Assembly: GCA_965203295.1 (NCBI GenBank)
Contig: CBDBCZ010000018.1
Span: forward strand, 2,528,001 to 2,592,000
DNA length: 64,000 nucleotides
Source: Nitrospirales bacterium
GTDB taxonomy: Bacteria > Nitrospirota > Nitrospiria > Nitrospirales > UBA8639
Direction of reading: 5' to 3'
Position 1 is the first letter of the stretch; every line of letters begins with the position of its first letter. The position numbers and the translations under genes were made by a program. Of this stretch, positions 12,825 to 26,900 are shown in pieces. The notes beneath the pieces were generated by a model. It was given only the letters and a program-made list of their open reading frames with translations. It ran no database searches and was not told the origin of the DNA.

Positions 12825-13655
12825 TAGCGCTCCACTGTTTCTTACAGTGTTTAAGTGCTTGAAGGGCATCGCACTTTGCACATCTACCCAGTCGTTCAGT
12901 TGTGGGGGTGATTTGAGACTTGCAGACAAGGCAAGCTAAAAACGTGTCTAGTGACAGAACAGCTGCAACCTCGACACCAGTTAGCGGCCACCAATTTATG
13001 CGAGCCACGGTCACAGGATGTGTATGCTGCTGTTGTGAATGATGATGACAAGTCTTTGAAGGCAGTTCAGAAGCTACTGATAAACACGACTGCAGAGAGG
13101 GACTACTCTGCACAGGAGACATGCCACCTTCTCCTCAATGTTCAAGGCATCGCGGGACTTCATCATTCTCTGCCCTTGCGCTGCTACCCTGCGTTCTCGC
13201 CTGCGCACATGTAAGCGCTCGTTCAATCGTTAGCCTCCCTAGCCGCGTTCAGCCGACTCACCCAACAGTCTCCGCCTTCGCCGTGCTCGCTCGTTCTGTA
13301 GCCTTCTGTCCTTCTCCACAGGGGTTTCGGCCGCACTCCTTTGTAGCGCTGTCTACACAAGTCACTCATTCTCTCTCTCCAGAGTGCACGCTCATGTTGC
13401 AGAGGATTATAAGAGTAAAGCAGTGGAAACGCGTGACAACAGTATTTGAAATAGGCATGCTAACGTTTTTACGGAATAGTCCACGCGCACGGACGGGAGG
13501 GGGGCTCGCTCGCGCTCGTTTCAAAACATGTAGTAATACAAAAGAAATAATCACGCTCGTCCCAAAAAGAGTATATAGTATAAATAAATAAATAAAAACT
13601 CGCCATAAAAGGAGTGATACAAAAAAAAAATAGTAATTCACGCTCGCCCCAAAAG
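12825..13655 (+). mobile_element. Partial inverted copy of the Helitron remnant (also at about 42693-43485; full copy at about 40402-41751 on the - strand)
   Basis: ORF 12951-13214 reads KLLINTTAERDYSAQETCHLLL. ORF 12805-13122 (-) reads ACLVCKSQITPTTERLGRCAKC...QWSAKLTF. Confidence 0.7.
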
Positions 13656-15029
13656 GAGTAATAAAATAATAATACAACAATTATCAGTGATAGCAGGATA
13701 AACATTGTACAAAATCTGAAATAAGACTTCTACAATGTCATGCAAGTATATGCAGCACAAATGTGGCATACTCACATGAAATAAAAAAAGAACAGTTCAA
13801 CGTGTGACGACAGCTTCATCACATGTAAATAGTCACGAAGATAAAGTCTCGTCCACTTGAATCTTGACTTCCTGCTTCTAAATCAATCTTTATACTGTTG
13901 TCCAAGGTATCTGCATTTGAAATCACCACTGATGCACTCTCCGGTAGAGCTTGTAAATTTTCATTTGGGTGCTCGGATACTGTTGAGCTCCAGCCACTGC
14001 TTGTGATGTGTGTGAACTCACTACCTGCACGGCAGTATAAACATTATACAATAGTCAACATGACATTGTAATCACCCTTGTAGATGCAGTTACAGAAACA
14101 ATATAATAGAGCCAATAACGCCTCGGTACAAATCTGACTAGTACACTCTAATACGCATGCATAGCCTATTTGTAGAATCTGAATGCCAGAGCTCAGTATG
14201 TATAAAACAGTATTAGCAGAATCGATGATTATTGTTTTTGAAAGCACTGACAGGCTCATGCAGTAACACTGTGACTTACTCTCTTCTTGTACAGCCTGGT
14301 ACTTTTCTGACGTAACTTTGCCTTCTGGCTTCCTACCCTGGGTGGTAAAACAGTGTATGAAGCCGGTGATGTTACGAAGAATAACATGAACACTTGGCCA
14401 TCATTGTCTCTACCAAGTGAATCGGATCAGCTCAAGACTCTATTACAAGCTCTATATGCATGCCACATATCGCAGAGACCTAATGCACTAGCTGTCACCA
14501 TAGTCACTGTTCATTCCAGAGACTTTTATGCTTGCTTAACACAATGAGGTACATAAGCAGTAAATCCTTATTGGTCCTGCTCTCTATCTGTACATGATTG
14601 CAGCCATTCATGCCTTTACTCCTCTTTGAAATATCTTCAGAAACGTGTGGCCTAACCAGCAATAGAATTTGTGCAGATAGAGCCTGATTTTCGAACCATG
14701 AACCCAACAACTATTGAACCAAGGGAACAAAACTTTCAACCACTGCTCAAACTACACAGATGTACTATTACTTTATCCAATCAATGAAATGTACAAAACC
14801 AATTTTATATGTATTTTTAACTTTCCTCCAAAGCTGTGCAGCAGTATTTTCAAAGGAAACACTGATCTTTACGGACTTATACTGAAAATAATGACAGTCT
14901 CGTGTCTTCAAGACGACAAAGACTAGTTATCTACTTTTGATTCCCCCCCCCCCCCCACAAATATACAATTTAAAAGTTAGGTATGCATTACATAAAAATG
15001 TGCCAGAGACAGGACATAGCTAACAGTTG

Positions 15030-16260
15030 CATTAATTACTGCTTATCTGTGATGGTAGGGAAATCGGAGAAAAGGCGATAATGTGTGGCAAAGCGGTGAG
15101 GTGGTGGAACGGTGAGATTAAGGAGAAGATTATGATAAGGAGACTGGTTTACAAGGAGATTAGTATTAGCAGGGAAGATAAATGGGGAGAGTGTTACAAA
15201 CTATGTTCGGAAATCAAGGAATTGGTATAGATAGTTGAAATGAAGTGATTGAAAAGGCTAATAAAGATTTTCATGAAAACAGGAAAGAGTTCTTGGGCAT
15301 TTGTTGGCAGGATCTTCAAAGGGTAGTCATAAGGGTATGTTGCTTATTTGAGGGTTCATGTGTAACCAGTACCAAGGGAGTATTATGTGAGCATTATGAA
15401 AGACTGTCTACAGCATCTGCAGATGTTCAGTTTGATGGTAGCTGGAAAGAGCATGTAGGGCAGAAAGTGACAGAGTATAGTGAAATGTCTCGATTACGGA
15501 AGGTTAAGGTTTTGGACAGTGGAATTAGTTTTGCAGAAATTTAACTAAAACCTTAAAGAATAATAATGCAGGAGGTAATGATCGGCTTGTCATTAGTCTG
15601 TTGAAAGTCTAATCTGAAGTAGTTTGTACAGTGGAGACTGTTTCAAAACAAAGAGGACAAGTGTTAATTTTTAGCTTGTATAAGAAAAGTGATACTGACG
15701 GCCCGGGTAATTACAGAGGCATTACATTATTGAATGTGGGAGGAAAATTGTTCTAAACAATCGCATAGTAATCACATTAGAATAAGAAAGAGCTCTTTAT
15801 GAAGATTTAGAGAGAAAATGAGTCATGTTGATGGCATCTTTGCTCTCAATGAAATCATACCAGGTAGAATGAGGAACACTTAAGGTTTTTTTTTTTTTTT
15901 AAGTACCTGACAGAGTTGACATGATCACACAGAGTGCTGTTTTACTGAAGAGAAAAATATCTGATATAGGTCAGGGGGTGGCACAGATTTGTAGTATGTC
16001 ACCTATCTTATTTAACTCTATTAATCAGTTGTTAGATGAGGTTGAGAAGGCTGTGATTGGCATTAATATTAAGAAGGATGTTCAGATTGGGGGTCTAATG
16101 TTTGCCGATGATTTTGTAGGTTTAACTCCTAATGCTGAGGACTTACAAACATTGATTAATGTAGTACAGGGGTTTTGTAATAAATGGAGGTTGAAATCTA
16201 ACATAAAAAGAGTGTTATTATGGTATTTTCTAAAGAGGTTGATACAGGCACATGTTCTTG
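15030..16260 (+). mobile_element. Decayed LINE reverse transcriptase remnant (copies at about 37760-38990 - and 45030-46260 +; older relative at about 35260-36120 +)
   Basis: Degenerate motifs RWW..EIK, YKK.D...PGNYRGITLLNV.GK, QGVAQ..SPILF and GGLMFADDFVG...LQTLIN....CNKWRLKSN, with many stops and frameshifts. Confidence 0.88.
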
Positions 16261-18925
16261 TTCCGAAATCTGGCTCCAGGTGGACCAAATTTAAAAGGAT
16301 TAACTACTTGATGTAGATGACCTGCTGCACGTTAGAGACTCAGGTAAATTACATAGCTGCAATCCAGCATGCAGGTATGGGGCTATTATAATATAGGTTC
16401 ATCGCGCAAAACTGCCTGGCATACACAGCGTGCCTGATGTCTACACAGAAGCTTAACATTTCAATGACAATGTTGATGCATTTTATATATCAGATGTCAA
16501 GATATATACAGTACATACTTTCCCCTATATTATACGGGCGCATACGTATGTATGTGTATCCCATAGCTGGGAGAGAGTTACGTGTACTTCATTACACTAC
16601 TTAGTGCTTACCGTTCATGCGTGGCATGTTTCATATAAAATAACCCTCTCTCAATGCAACCTTCATCATGCAAACATCAATTTACATATGACACATTGTA
16701 TTTTCATGTAATATACCATAGATAGCAGTAACATGAAGCTGTGATGGTTGAAGAATAGGCAGCCTAAAATGCTCCTGTAAATCCTCTGAAATTTGTAATG
16801 AAGCTATACACTCCAGGGATGCTGTGGAGAATACTGTGGAGAAGCCCTAACTACAAAATTTGTGGATAGGAAAATGAAAGATTGCAATCTATCATTTCTG
16901 GAAAACATTCTTTGGTTAGGGCATAGGAAGACCATTCAATGGTACTTTTGAACTCCCAAATGCAATCTTATCACAAACTGCTACTCCGCTGTTCAGTTTT
17001 TAACTGCAATTCACATCCAAAGCAATGTAGGGGCAGCCTGTGTACCCTATACTACACTGACCCTGAGTATTCACTGGCACTCACTAGAGAGCATCGGTGA
17101 TTTTCATAGAGGCTCCGCTGCGAGCCTACAAGGCTTGGATCCAAGGAGAATGATGAACAGGGTCTAGGCAAAAAAAGAGAGTGAACATCAGAGTGAAAAA
17201 TTGTACATGCATACTATATGAGGAAGGCTACTGTGCATTGCCAGGTTGATTGACAATAGCATGACAAGTGAGAATAGTTAGCTACGTGTATAATACAAGG
17301 TGCTACAAGTAAATGAATGGTTTGTAATCTGCTAAGTATGGGTCCTTGAGGACTGGTCGAACACTGCTAGGGAACGTGAAGCAGATGAGCTATCCATTAG
17401 ATTGATATTGATAGCAACTTTAAGTGAACTGAAACGTAGCCGTTTTAAAACTAACTCACTTTTCAGCTTATCAATTTAACTACAGTATGTATTTAATGGT
17501 GTTTGTAAATGTATTACTATGATTCTGCACATATCTTCTTACAAAATGGAGCATACACATACTATGCACATGCCCTACAATGATGCGGTTAATTCTATAG
17601 CTGCCCTCACAAAAAAATTACCAGATTGAGAAAAAAGAAGTAAACAGGAATGTACTTACCTGATGATGATGATGATTACATAAATTTGTATACATCTAAC
17701 CAGTGCACTCCTGTTTAAACACAGCTACTCAAGTGTTAATACCATGAATGTACATACCGGTATACGTACAACTCACTGACCAGATGAATATTATGGGTGT
17801 GCAGTGAATAAGCGCTAAGGGGGCTCACTCCTCCGGCCTCAAAAGCTTTGTAAACTATAGCCGGCAGGAAGAGGGACATGAAGATCTGTGAGACAGAAAC
17901 CCAGCAACAGTACAGACATGCCTACATTCTGAAGTACAATTGTAGTTAACATAACAACAGATGAGACATTTTGGCACAGATGCAGTGTCCACTCCCTGCA
18001 GTCTCTGTTTCAGACAAAAAAAAACATGGAAGGGAGACTTGAATATAGAGGAACTGGAAGAGCATGTACGTACTTCCAAAACAGCTAGATATTCAGATCA
18101 TATTCAATCACACAGTCTTCAGAGCTGGATCGCTACCTTATGAAGGCAAAATAGCGGTGGCTACTAATGAAGGGCAGCGTCTATTCGCGGAAACACAGTA
18201 TTGATATGCACAGTGAAATTAAGAGAAAAGAACGTAGGTGTTCCTGTAAACCCCAATGTTGAATGTCGTGAATTGGCTGATTAGGATACTTACTATTACA
18301 CTGTTTAACTTTGCAGAATCCTTGAAGTAGAGGGTATATTACGTACGTATATGTATGCACATACAGTGTGAGTATGTGCCTACACATACAATGCAACAGT
18401 AGTTATGACGGTACATGTATACAGATAATGCTATCATACTTTGACAATATATACCGGTATCATTGTATTTTCTATCATTTGAATGCAATGAATGGTGTGT
18501 TCCCATGTTAGGCATTGTAGTCGTTCCAGCGCTGGTGCTAGCCATGGTGGTTAGGCTGTGATTGGTTACCAGAGTGCTGCAGCGGGAGCTTTAAAGTAGT
18601 ACAGCTGGTAGCAATATCACAGCTGCTGGCAAAGCTGACCAAAAATTTCCACAGTTCATGGTAGTTCTATCTGTACTTGTTGAGGGCTTGTGCTACCTGA
18701 GAAGGGCTTGGATCTGCGGAGTCAAAGCCAAGAGCTGGACTCAAATTGTAAGGTTTGTGATTTTAGTATGAGCAAAAGGTTACCGTTTATTTATCATCTG
18801 TACATATGATTAGCTAAGAACTGTGCTGTTATTAACTTAATAGTTGGTCGAAATGGTCTTTTTCCATCCCTCCATATGTTTTTCCTTTACTATAAGATTT
18901 ATTGTGGTAAAAGTCTTTTTTCACC

Positions 18926-20530
18926 TGGGTATGCTGGCCGCAAAAAAAAATTGTACCCAATTTCTTTGGCCCATGCCAGCTCTAGTTTAGTCAGTTGATT
19001 TAGTATTGTGAGTCTGCACCATGCACTCCACCTTCTGTCCATCTCCAGGCCGCAATTCTTCCCTTAGCTTGGTAAAGTACTCCCTCTCTTTCTCCACCTC
19101 TCCACACTAATCTTGCAGCCTTTGTGAATGTACAGTGAAATATGTAGAGCGATGTGTGATTGTATTGTAATCCGCTCCACATTCTCTATTATACTACGAT
19201 ACATAAATTTAAGTGCTACTGGTTATTAATGGAGTTGTTGTAGGTGTTTATCATATAATTCTTGGGATAGACTAGTTTAGTGCATGTGCAATTAATGACA
19301 ACTCATGATTATATCAATCTTTCATGTGCTATGTATGTACATAGCAAGTGGTGGGGTTGAACCTTTACAAAGATTTGCAGTGGACAGCTTTATAATGTTA
19401 ATGTCAAGAACAATCTCAGGCCCTGCGAAATACTATCATCCCCTGTATGTACAGATTTGCAAGGTATTTAGGTAACAGTACAATGTAAGATAACCTTTCT
19501 TTTCAGCTTCCAATTCAGCAAGACTGCGCTCTAACTGTGACTCAGATTCATGTCTAATCCGATCTTTTGCCTAGTAGCAGCAAAGGAAAGGGAAATAAGT
19601 TCAAATGTAATATAATCATTTACAAGTCTCACCATTTGGACAGCTTTTTGGAACACTTCAGACTCACTAATGTCTCTACTAGCTGCCACCATGAAGAAAC
19701 TGAAAATTTAAGAAGACAATTGCTATATTATTCTGTATCCAAACTGCATGGGTAAGAGTTGACTCAATTAGTCTACCAGGCTAGTAAATGGTTCGTGAAA
19801 ACTCTGCAGTTGGTTGCTGGTAGTATATGTATACATCTAACATGATCAGCTGTAATCTAGCAAAACATGCATATGTACATATCACACATACGTATGTTAC
19901 TTCTCTACATACATCAGTCACAAATGGCTTTTACATACCACTTTTTCCAGGTCTGCTATCTTGCCATACAAGGCATCTCTCTCAGCTTGAGCTGACTCAT
20001 TAGCTGTTGGTGGGCCTCCAGAACTGCTGCCTATGAAGGAGAGGTATTGGGAGAATCGTTTCAACAGCAGTAGATTCAGCACGGCAGACTTGTCTCAATT
20101 CCACCCTTCTCATTTTTTTCCTTTTGAGCTTCCTCCCTTTCTCTTACAAGCCTCTCAATTTCTTCATGACCCAAAGTATTCTCCCTATAGAAGCAATATG
20201 TAGATGTAGGCTGTATCTCAATTATCGCAAATAGCTAGTATGTTTGTACACGTGTTCTAGCTGTTGAGGTGGGTAATATCGTACTAACAGTACGAACCTG
20301 TGTTCAGGTTGTTGCTTCAACTTTGTCATCTCTTGCTGATAGGCTGACAGCAATGCTTTCTGTGACATGTCCTTGTTGATCTGCGCAGTGTTCTTGATAC
20401 TTTTTGCCCTGAGTATTCAAGTGTGGATATAGAAAGAGAATACAGCTAAGAAAGAACTGATATGAAGCATAATCAACTGTTTTAATAAGTGTAAAGAATG
20501 CAGATTTAGCCACTGACTCTGAATACAACA
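18926..20530 (-). pseudogene. Kinesin gene fragment, copy 1 (neck linker and stalk exons)
   Basis: Exons read RAKSIKNTAQINKDMSQKALLSAYQQEMTKLKQQ; AAVLEAHQQLMS..AERDALYGKIADLEKV; FLHGG..DISESEVFQKAVQM; AKDRIRHESESQLERSLAELEAEKK; RLQD*..EVEKEREYFTKLREE. Frameshifts and stops are present. Confidence 0.75.
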
Positions 20531-20997
20531 CTAGGTGAGCTAGTAGTGATGGCTGCCAGCAGATATGTACACAACTCAACTGTTCGTAGTATGAAATATG
20601 TACGTGAACAGGCTGCTACATATTTGCATGTAACATTAATTGGAGAATAATAATAGCATGCTTCCCTTACACCAGAGTAAATTCTCATGGTAATTTTTCG
20701 TTGTGGGTGTAATTACGTAAAAATAAGTACTGGATACTGGTATATACGTATGTACATGCGTACCTCTGTTCTTCAAAATCTTATATTCTTTCTGCTTCTT
20801 ATGGATTCTGCTTTTTTTCAGTATAGGCATGTACTTAAATTTCTTTGTAGCATCACACATACACGTACATGTACATGTATTCTAAGATGAGATCTTTTGG
20901 ACCAACAGGCTTCAAACTAAAAGTGAAAAGTTATTCACATTTTGGTTTTCACATCATTATCCATTTTTAGTGAGCATGCAGCTGCGGCTGCTGCCAT

Positions 20998-21336
20998 AAT
21001 AGAGAGTTTTCACGTGTCGTCACAGATCACATGCTCCAGTAGTATATCCGTGTCACGTTCCGTTTATGCCCATTTTTGCTCAAAGTACGACTAGATTGGC
21101 ATGTCAAACAGTGATCTCAGAAACAAGAGCTGCTAGGAACTTACGCATTCAGTATCTCCACTATCGCTGTGAGGAAGTTTCAGGCGGGATAAATTGAGTG
21201 GATCTGCCATCTAGACTACGAGTACGAGAGTAACTTCCGATGTTTATGAGTATGGCTATGTACTTTTACTGCCCACCAAAATGACGCCCTGGTAACAGTT
21301 TCTACATGCGGATGATGTCAATGAAAACTCTATATT
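20998..21336. mobile_element. Non-autonomous TIR element (MITE, possibly Harbinger-like)
   Basis: Imperfect TIR aatagagagttttca...tgaaaactctatatt. Confidence 0.5.
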
Positions 21337-21490
21337 GCACCATGCATGCCCAAGTAGTGATTCATTACCTGCATCTCTGCTTGCCCACCATATACACCTA
21401 CTTCATAAGTAGTTCAATAATACACAGTCTTCCAAACAGCTCACAGGACATGCACTAGTCATAAATATCTAATATACATGTAAGTAGTAC

Positions 21491-23825
21491 CTTCAGCTCA
21501 ACTTCACCAACTGGTAGGATTTTCTTCAAGAGTGGTAGGACACACATCCGGTAGTAGTCCACCTGTGAAATACATGTATACGTAGGTATAGAAATCAAGT
21601 GTGTGCCACTGATGAGAGGCCCTTGGCACATGTATATTCCGGGCAGAGAGGATGGCCATACATGCAGGCTCTCAAGTGTGATTCAGGTTACTTTCTGGTA
21701 ACACCAGAGGACTCATAGCTTCTCTCAGTTCCTCGTGTGGACCCCGACACTATACTCAATTACAAGCTGTTTGAGGAGGAGGTATAACATGTACAGCATG
21801 TATGTACTCACTGATGGATCATCTGGTCCACTGGTTAGCCTAACCTCTAAGTGTGACACAAACAGAAGATTTCGCAAAAGGAGCCAGCATCATCAGAGGC
21901 TCCAAGAAGTACCCAATCGATCGCTGACAGCGGCAGTCATACTACAATTTCCCTCCCACTAGTAATCCAGGATGGTAGAACACACTATTACCTACAGTAT
22001 GAAGATGTTTGTGACCCCAGTAAGAATTACTTCATGAACATATATATAAGCAAGCTAAGGTAGATATTTGAATTGATTGCAACAGAAAACATTAACTCGC
22101 ACCCAGTACTCCAAGCCTTTTTCACCTGCAATCAAAAAAATAGCAGGTGAGAAATGCAGGGAGGGCTGGGTACAAAGAATACAATTGCTACTTCAGGCAA
22201 GTCATTGGAGCTCTCAGTTCCCTGATGCAGCAAACCACACAGAGTGAGGATGCTCACAGCAAAGAGTGAGAGTCACCACGTTCTCACTCTCTCATTACAG
22301 CCTCATTGATGATATCTTAGTAGCCTCGTACCCTGGCCTCGTAAAGGGCCCTTTGAGTGAAGGGGAACGAGGCTAATATCATAGATGACTAACACATGGC
22401 GAAAGTTGACATGTCTACTCACTTACGTACATACGGATAGATATGCTGTATATTCACACAAACGGATATGACCCATTGCATAACTTAGTGTGACAGAGTC
22501 TAATTTCGACAGAAATACTGTAGATGAGAAACTAGAATCTGATATTTATTTTTTGTAGCCAAACATACATATATACATGTACAAAATATTTACTAAAGAC
22601 AACTTTACTGGAAGTGTAATTACCCCTCGTTCCCAGTCTCCACTGCCAGCCGTTTTTGGGAAAAACAGTGGAGACCATAATAACAGCAGATCAAACACAC
22701 AAAAATTATTATATACCAGCAACCTTATCTGTTTCATTGACTTCAAACCTGGAACCATTTGTGAGTTTGTCTAGAAGTCCTGCTTCAAGCGCTGTAGATC
22801 AAATAAAACCACAGGAGCAAGCTCTTTATATGCAGCTTTACTACATGTGTAAATGGTGGGCTTATATACTGAAAACATCTGTTCATCAGTGCAGAGTATA
22901 AGCTACACATATCTGACTAGCAGCTACATGTAGTACCAACAGGCTCCCTAGCATATTAAAGCAACGGTCCTAAAGTGTTCGGAAGCAAAGATGACTGTAG
23001 TGCTTGTGTTGAAAAACCGTTCTCTTGGCAGATTACTTAAACAGCTGGCAGAGCTCACAAAAGTGGAGTGTACACTAGGCCATAACCTGCCATCTCGATG
23101 GCTTCATACATGAACAAGGAACCTACTGATCACGTATTCCGAAATAAGTGTGATTGCTGTTACACCCTGTCCAAATTTATTACAACTCAGATGTTGTTCC
23201 AAATGCACTATTCACTTCGAATTGCACTCGTAATGCAACCAGGAAGGTAAATAGCACTCGGCTTTGCCTCATGCAATTGATTCCTTCCTGGTTGCATTAC
23301 TTGTGCAATTCATCCTAAATTGCACAGCAACCCATGCTATTACGTATACAAACTGCAAGCTTTGCAAAAATTGCACAGAATGATCGTCGGAGCAGGTACT
23401 GCAGACTAGAGTAGCTCCTTGCAAATTATGGCTTGCACAAGACATTAAAGCAACGACCTTCAGGCTCAGTGAGTCTCGCCTGCAAGACTACCACCACAAT
23501 GACCTGAGCCTAGAATAATTTCTTCAACATCACTGGACACAGCTGATTAAAAAATATTCCTCTAGGCAACTATAATTTGATAATTTATTCACTACCCCCA
23601 CCCACTCACCCGTACAGTTTCCCCCAGTTGTATGAAACCTTGGGTAGTAAATTTAGTGGGTAAACTACCTTCAGTGTACATACTCAGACCTCTTAGTCCT
23701 GGTTCATCTGCATCTCCTCGTACTCTAGCTATCCTCACTGGTCGAGAGCTGAGTGTAGATAGTACTAGTCGCTGCCGAAAGTAGGTACAGCCTTCGAAAG
23801 TCAATAACTTCGATCTGGGGCCCAT
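21491..23825 (-). pseudogene. RCL1: RNA 3'-terminal phosphate cyclase-like protein, truncated unprocessed pseudogene (exons 23690-23825, 22729-22791, 21812-21991, 21491-21562)
   Basis: MGPRSKLLTFEGCTYFRQRLVLSTLSSRPVRIARVRGDADEPGLR / LEAGLLDKLTNGSRFEVNETG / VFYHPGLLVGGKL*YDC..RSIGYFLEPLMMLAPFAK....LRG.LTSGPDDPS / VDYYRMCVLPLLK..ELK. Lesions: exon-2 donor reads AT (22728-22727), TAG at 21942-21944, and a 4-nt insertion in exon 3. No exon 5 was found. Confidence 0.9.
22321..22375. mobile_element. 55-bp TAG...CTA TIR remnant with 9-bp TSD
   Basis: tagcctcgtacc...ggaacgaggcta flanked by atatcttag / atatcatag. Confidence 0.55.
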
Positions 23826-23985
23826 CTGACACCGCACCACGTGGTAAAAGCTTAGAGTGTGGCTCAACATCGGCAGCCACACCCCCAGTTCATCTCTACG
23901 CAGTACATGTCCCATGCCAGAGGCAGTGTGCTCTCCTCGCGTCTTTGCGTGAGTCGATATGTGGGGTGGTTCTGTTTTTTTTTAG

Positions 23986-26900
23986 ATCCTATATTCCCAG
24001 CCCCAAGCCACATTTTTAATGAAGGAGACCGGGATTATTTGAGTGGCATACTGGCATAAGTATCTGGTTGAACACATTATATAGACTACTAGCTAGCGCT
24101 GTAGTGCGCAAGCTGACGCGGTATGTAGACTATGCATGTCAGGACAACAGCTTGTGGGAGTGGTAAACTAAAGCGGCATCACGACAGCTGTGCAATTATA
24201 GGAATGGATATCATCTACTTGACCATGAATTGTGCGATTCATCATAGATGGTTTCATGTACATTTCTTTAGGCCTATACCTCAGATCAAGTATATGGAGA
24301 ATGGTGTACATAGTTCCACTTCTACAATACAGCTCACCATAACATAGAGTTGTACTTGCTCATATGTATAATACTGATTGTGAATCTCACTATTAATGCA
24401 GGTTCTACGCAGACGGTATGCTGCTATAACATGGAGACCCAGAGTGAAGAAATACACGTACTGCAGAACAGGTAGGAATTTCCATCATTGTGGAATCTAC
24501 TGAATGGTGCGTACTACTGTATTCATACTTCATAGTACAATGACCAAGTTTATTATTAGATAAACCGGCTCCAATCCAGGTTGTATCTTGCGATTTAATT
24601 ATCCAGCATACGTATTAGGTCCGAGTGAGTAAATGTGTACAGGTTAGTATGTATATTTACATACATATATAGGCATGTACGTGTATTGGCCGCATTTTGT
24701 GAATCAGTGCTATTTTATAAAAATAATCTGTTACCATTGTATAAATCTATGAGCTGCACAGTGCTAACACTATCTAACCCTAGCCCCAAACCGAACTCTA
24801 ACCCTTATCCTAACCCTAGCCCTATAAAAATACGAATGCACAGTGCAATTTATTTACATTTTTGAGTCAGCTTAGGGTTGGCAGTTATGTAGTAGCTACT
24901 ACTTCCTGCAGCTTTATCTTTTTTTTGCAACTGACTAAAATTGCTTCAGAGATATTATTGTTACTGTTGTATAGCCACACAGATTTTATTATAGGTGCAT
25001 AAAAGTGGGGAGTGGAGACTGGTAACGATGCTACGTATACACACACACATCATAAGGCTGTAGTATTAAGAAGTTGCCCAAAGAATATATAGATAAGTGA
25101 TCTATCATATCTTACAGCTGTGGTGTACTACACTGACCGATTGAAGGAACTAAAGGAGCTTGTTGGGTATGTTTTTATGTATTATGTATTGTGATATTGA
25201 ATTGTTGCTGGTGAAGTATTGCATAACACAGGAATGTGATTTCATTTCATGCATTAATTGATGATACCTAGCCTTAACTAGTCTATTATTGTATGGTTAG
25301 TATATATGATCCATAATATATTCGTCTGCACTGTACAACTGTTGTGTTCTTGCATAGATATGGTAGCCCAGAGGCATAGTCAGTCTTTTTTCACCCCTGC
25401 TCCGTGGCGCTCATACAGTGTCACTGCTGTTTCTTTGTAGCTGCCAAATCAGTCCCAATTTTTTTTTCTGCACTGTGTGGAAACACTATCTGCCGCTGTG
25501 CAGCCTCTTGCACCAGCCCCCGTATTCCGAAACATCTTCCCAAGCCCCTGGGATAGTGGTGAGAACCTTTGTAGTATTCTAGCAATCAGTACCTCTATCT
25601 ATCCACCCACGAACAAATGTTCATGCTCAGTATTAGTGACTGTAGTTAAGAGTTTATACTATTAATCTGGAAGAATAAATTATATAGCAATCAGGATGGT
25701 ACTGGTTAATTAATTAAACATCTGGTTGCTCTTTCTCTCGTCCTCTGACTAGAGGTCTTGCAAGCTCCGCCTGCGTATGTGGGTGCGTGGTCAATGATAT
25801 AAGCGTTATGGCCGCCACATGAGTATATATTATAAGCAACTGCACAGAAGCAGTGAACTACAAACATGCTAGCTACGTAGTGTAGTACAGTCTTCATTCT
25901 CTTTTGAGTACTGCTTTGCATATATAGCACCTGGGATGCTACACAACTGAAGTAGTTTTCATGCAAGATATTCATTGTCACTGAACTGTTTCTACAGGGT
26001 GATAGTGCTTTCACTTTATGAAGAAACTATGTGGCATTGTAGCCCTTTGTGGTTGAATTTTCAATAGCACCTTTTACTCTACAATACGGCTTGCTAGATT
26101 TACATGTAGGTTCTTATCATTAGAGGCTTGAAATAATTATGCTGAGAATAATAGCAAGACAATAGCATAAAGCATGATTCTAGAGTAGTAGCAAACCTCA
26201 TCGTTTATTGGTGGCGTGTGCCAAGATGAGTGGGCTAGCCCTGCCCTCCCGCCGGCAATGCAAGAGAACTGGTAATAGTTTTCTTTGGTCGAGTGGCTAG
26301 CTAGCACTCTATGATAGTATCAATAGCGTCTGATCAAGTGATCGGTGTATTAGTGTCATCATACTTGTCTTTCCTAGAATGCTCACTTAATAATTTTTGT
26401 TACAGTATAGCAAAAGCTGTTATTTGAGAAATAATTTGAAATAAAAATCAAAGAATTGGAGAATAGCATTTATCTCAAGCCTACTCTTCATAATTTGAGA
26501 TAATGCTAATTGAGCTTGTAAATTATTTTGCAATTAATTGTCCACGTGGATGATGCTGGGCCTGAAGTAGGAATGCATGATATATACCTACAGGATTTTC
26601 AGTCATGGGGGATAAACAGTGAGTCTGACTTGCTTCAAAGAATGGATATTATCTTCCTATTCCAAAGCAAATTAATTGCTGACACTACCAATTACGTATA
26701 ATTAAAAGCACAGTCAAAACATAATTTAAGGAAGAAAGGGATTTATAACTGTATCAAAGCATTCAACCCTGTATTAATCACCCTCTTGTGTTGATCCCAT
26801 TATTTCTTTGTATTGTCTGCCAGTCAATACAGTACATACAGTGTGGCTTCCAGGAGCAGAGTAATCAAAGCCTGTGTACATGTATGAACAGCAGTAGATC

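Larger units (their letters stand above)
6430..16361 (+). repeat. Segmental duplication, direct copy of 39689-46366 (this copy has the hAT insertion); contains an internal inverted repeat 6430-8023 / 12825-14372
   Basis: Sequence matches read directly. Duplicated ORFs in the track: 7307/40563, 7421/40677, 12418/42262, 15245/45230. Confidence 0.95.
12825..20780 (+). repeat. Forward arm of giant inverted duplication; reversed counterpart lies in 28085-41279 (interrupted)
   Basis: Reverse-complement matches: 14373-17230/36784-39690, 17040-17360/33256-33570, 17370-18240/31228-32146, 18330-18920/30350-30950, 19740-20780/28085-29150. Confidence 0.92.

Noticed and set aside
21595..21770. Possible snoRNA (U3-like ccacacgaggaa) or hammerhead (ctgatgag hairpin) in RCL1 intron 3
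   Set aside because: U3 boxes A/A' and a proper C/D pair were not found, and the hammerhead GAAA core is missing.
24770..24825. Telomere-like ctaaccc repeats
   Set aside because: Short, degenerate and internal. More likely part of a small repeat element than a fusion scar.
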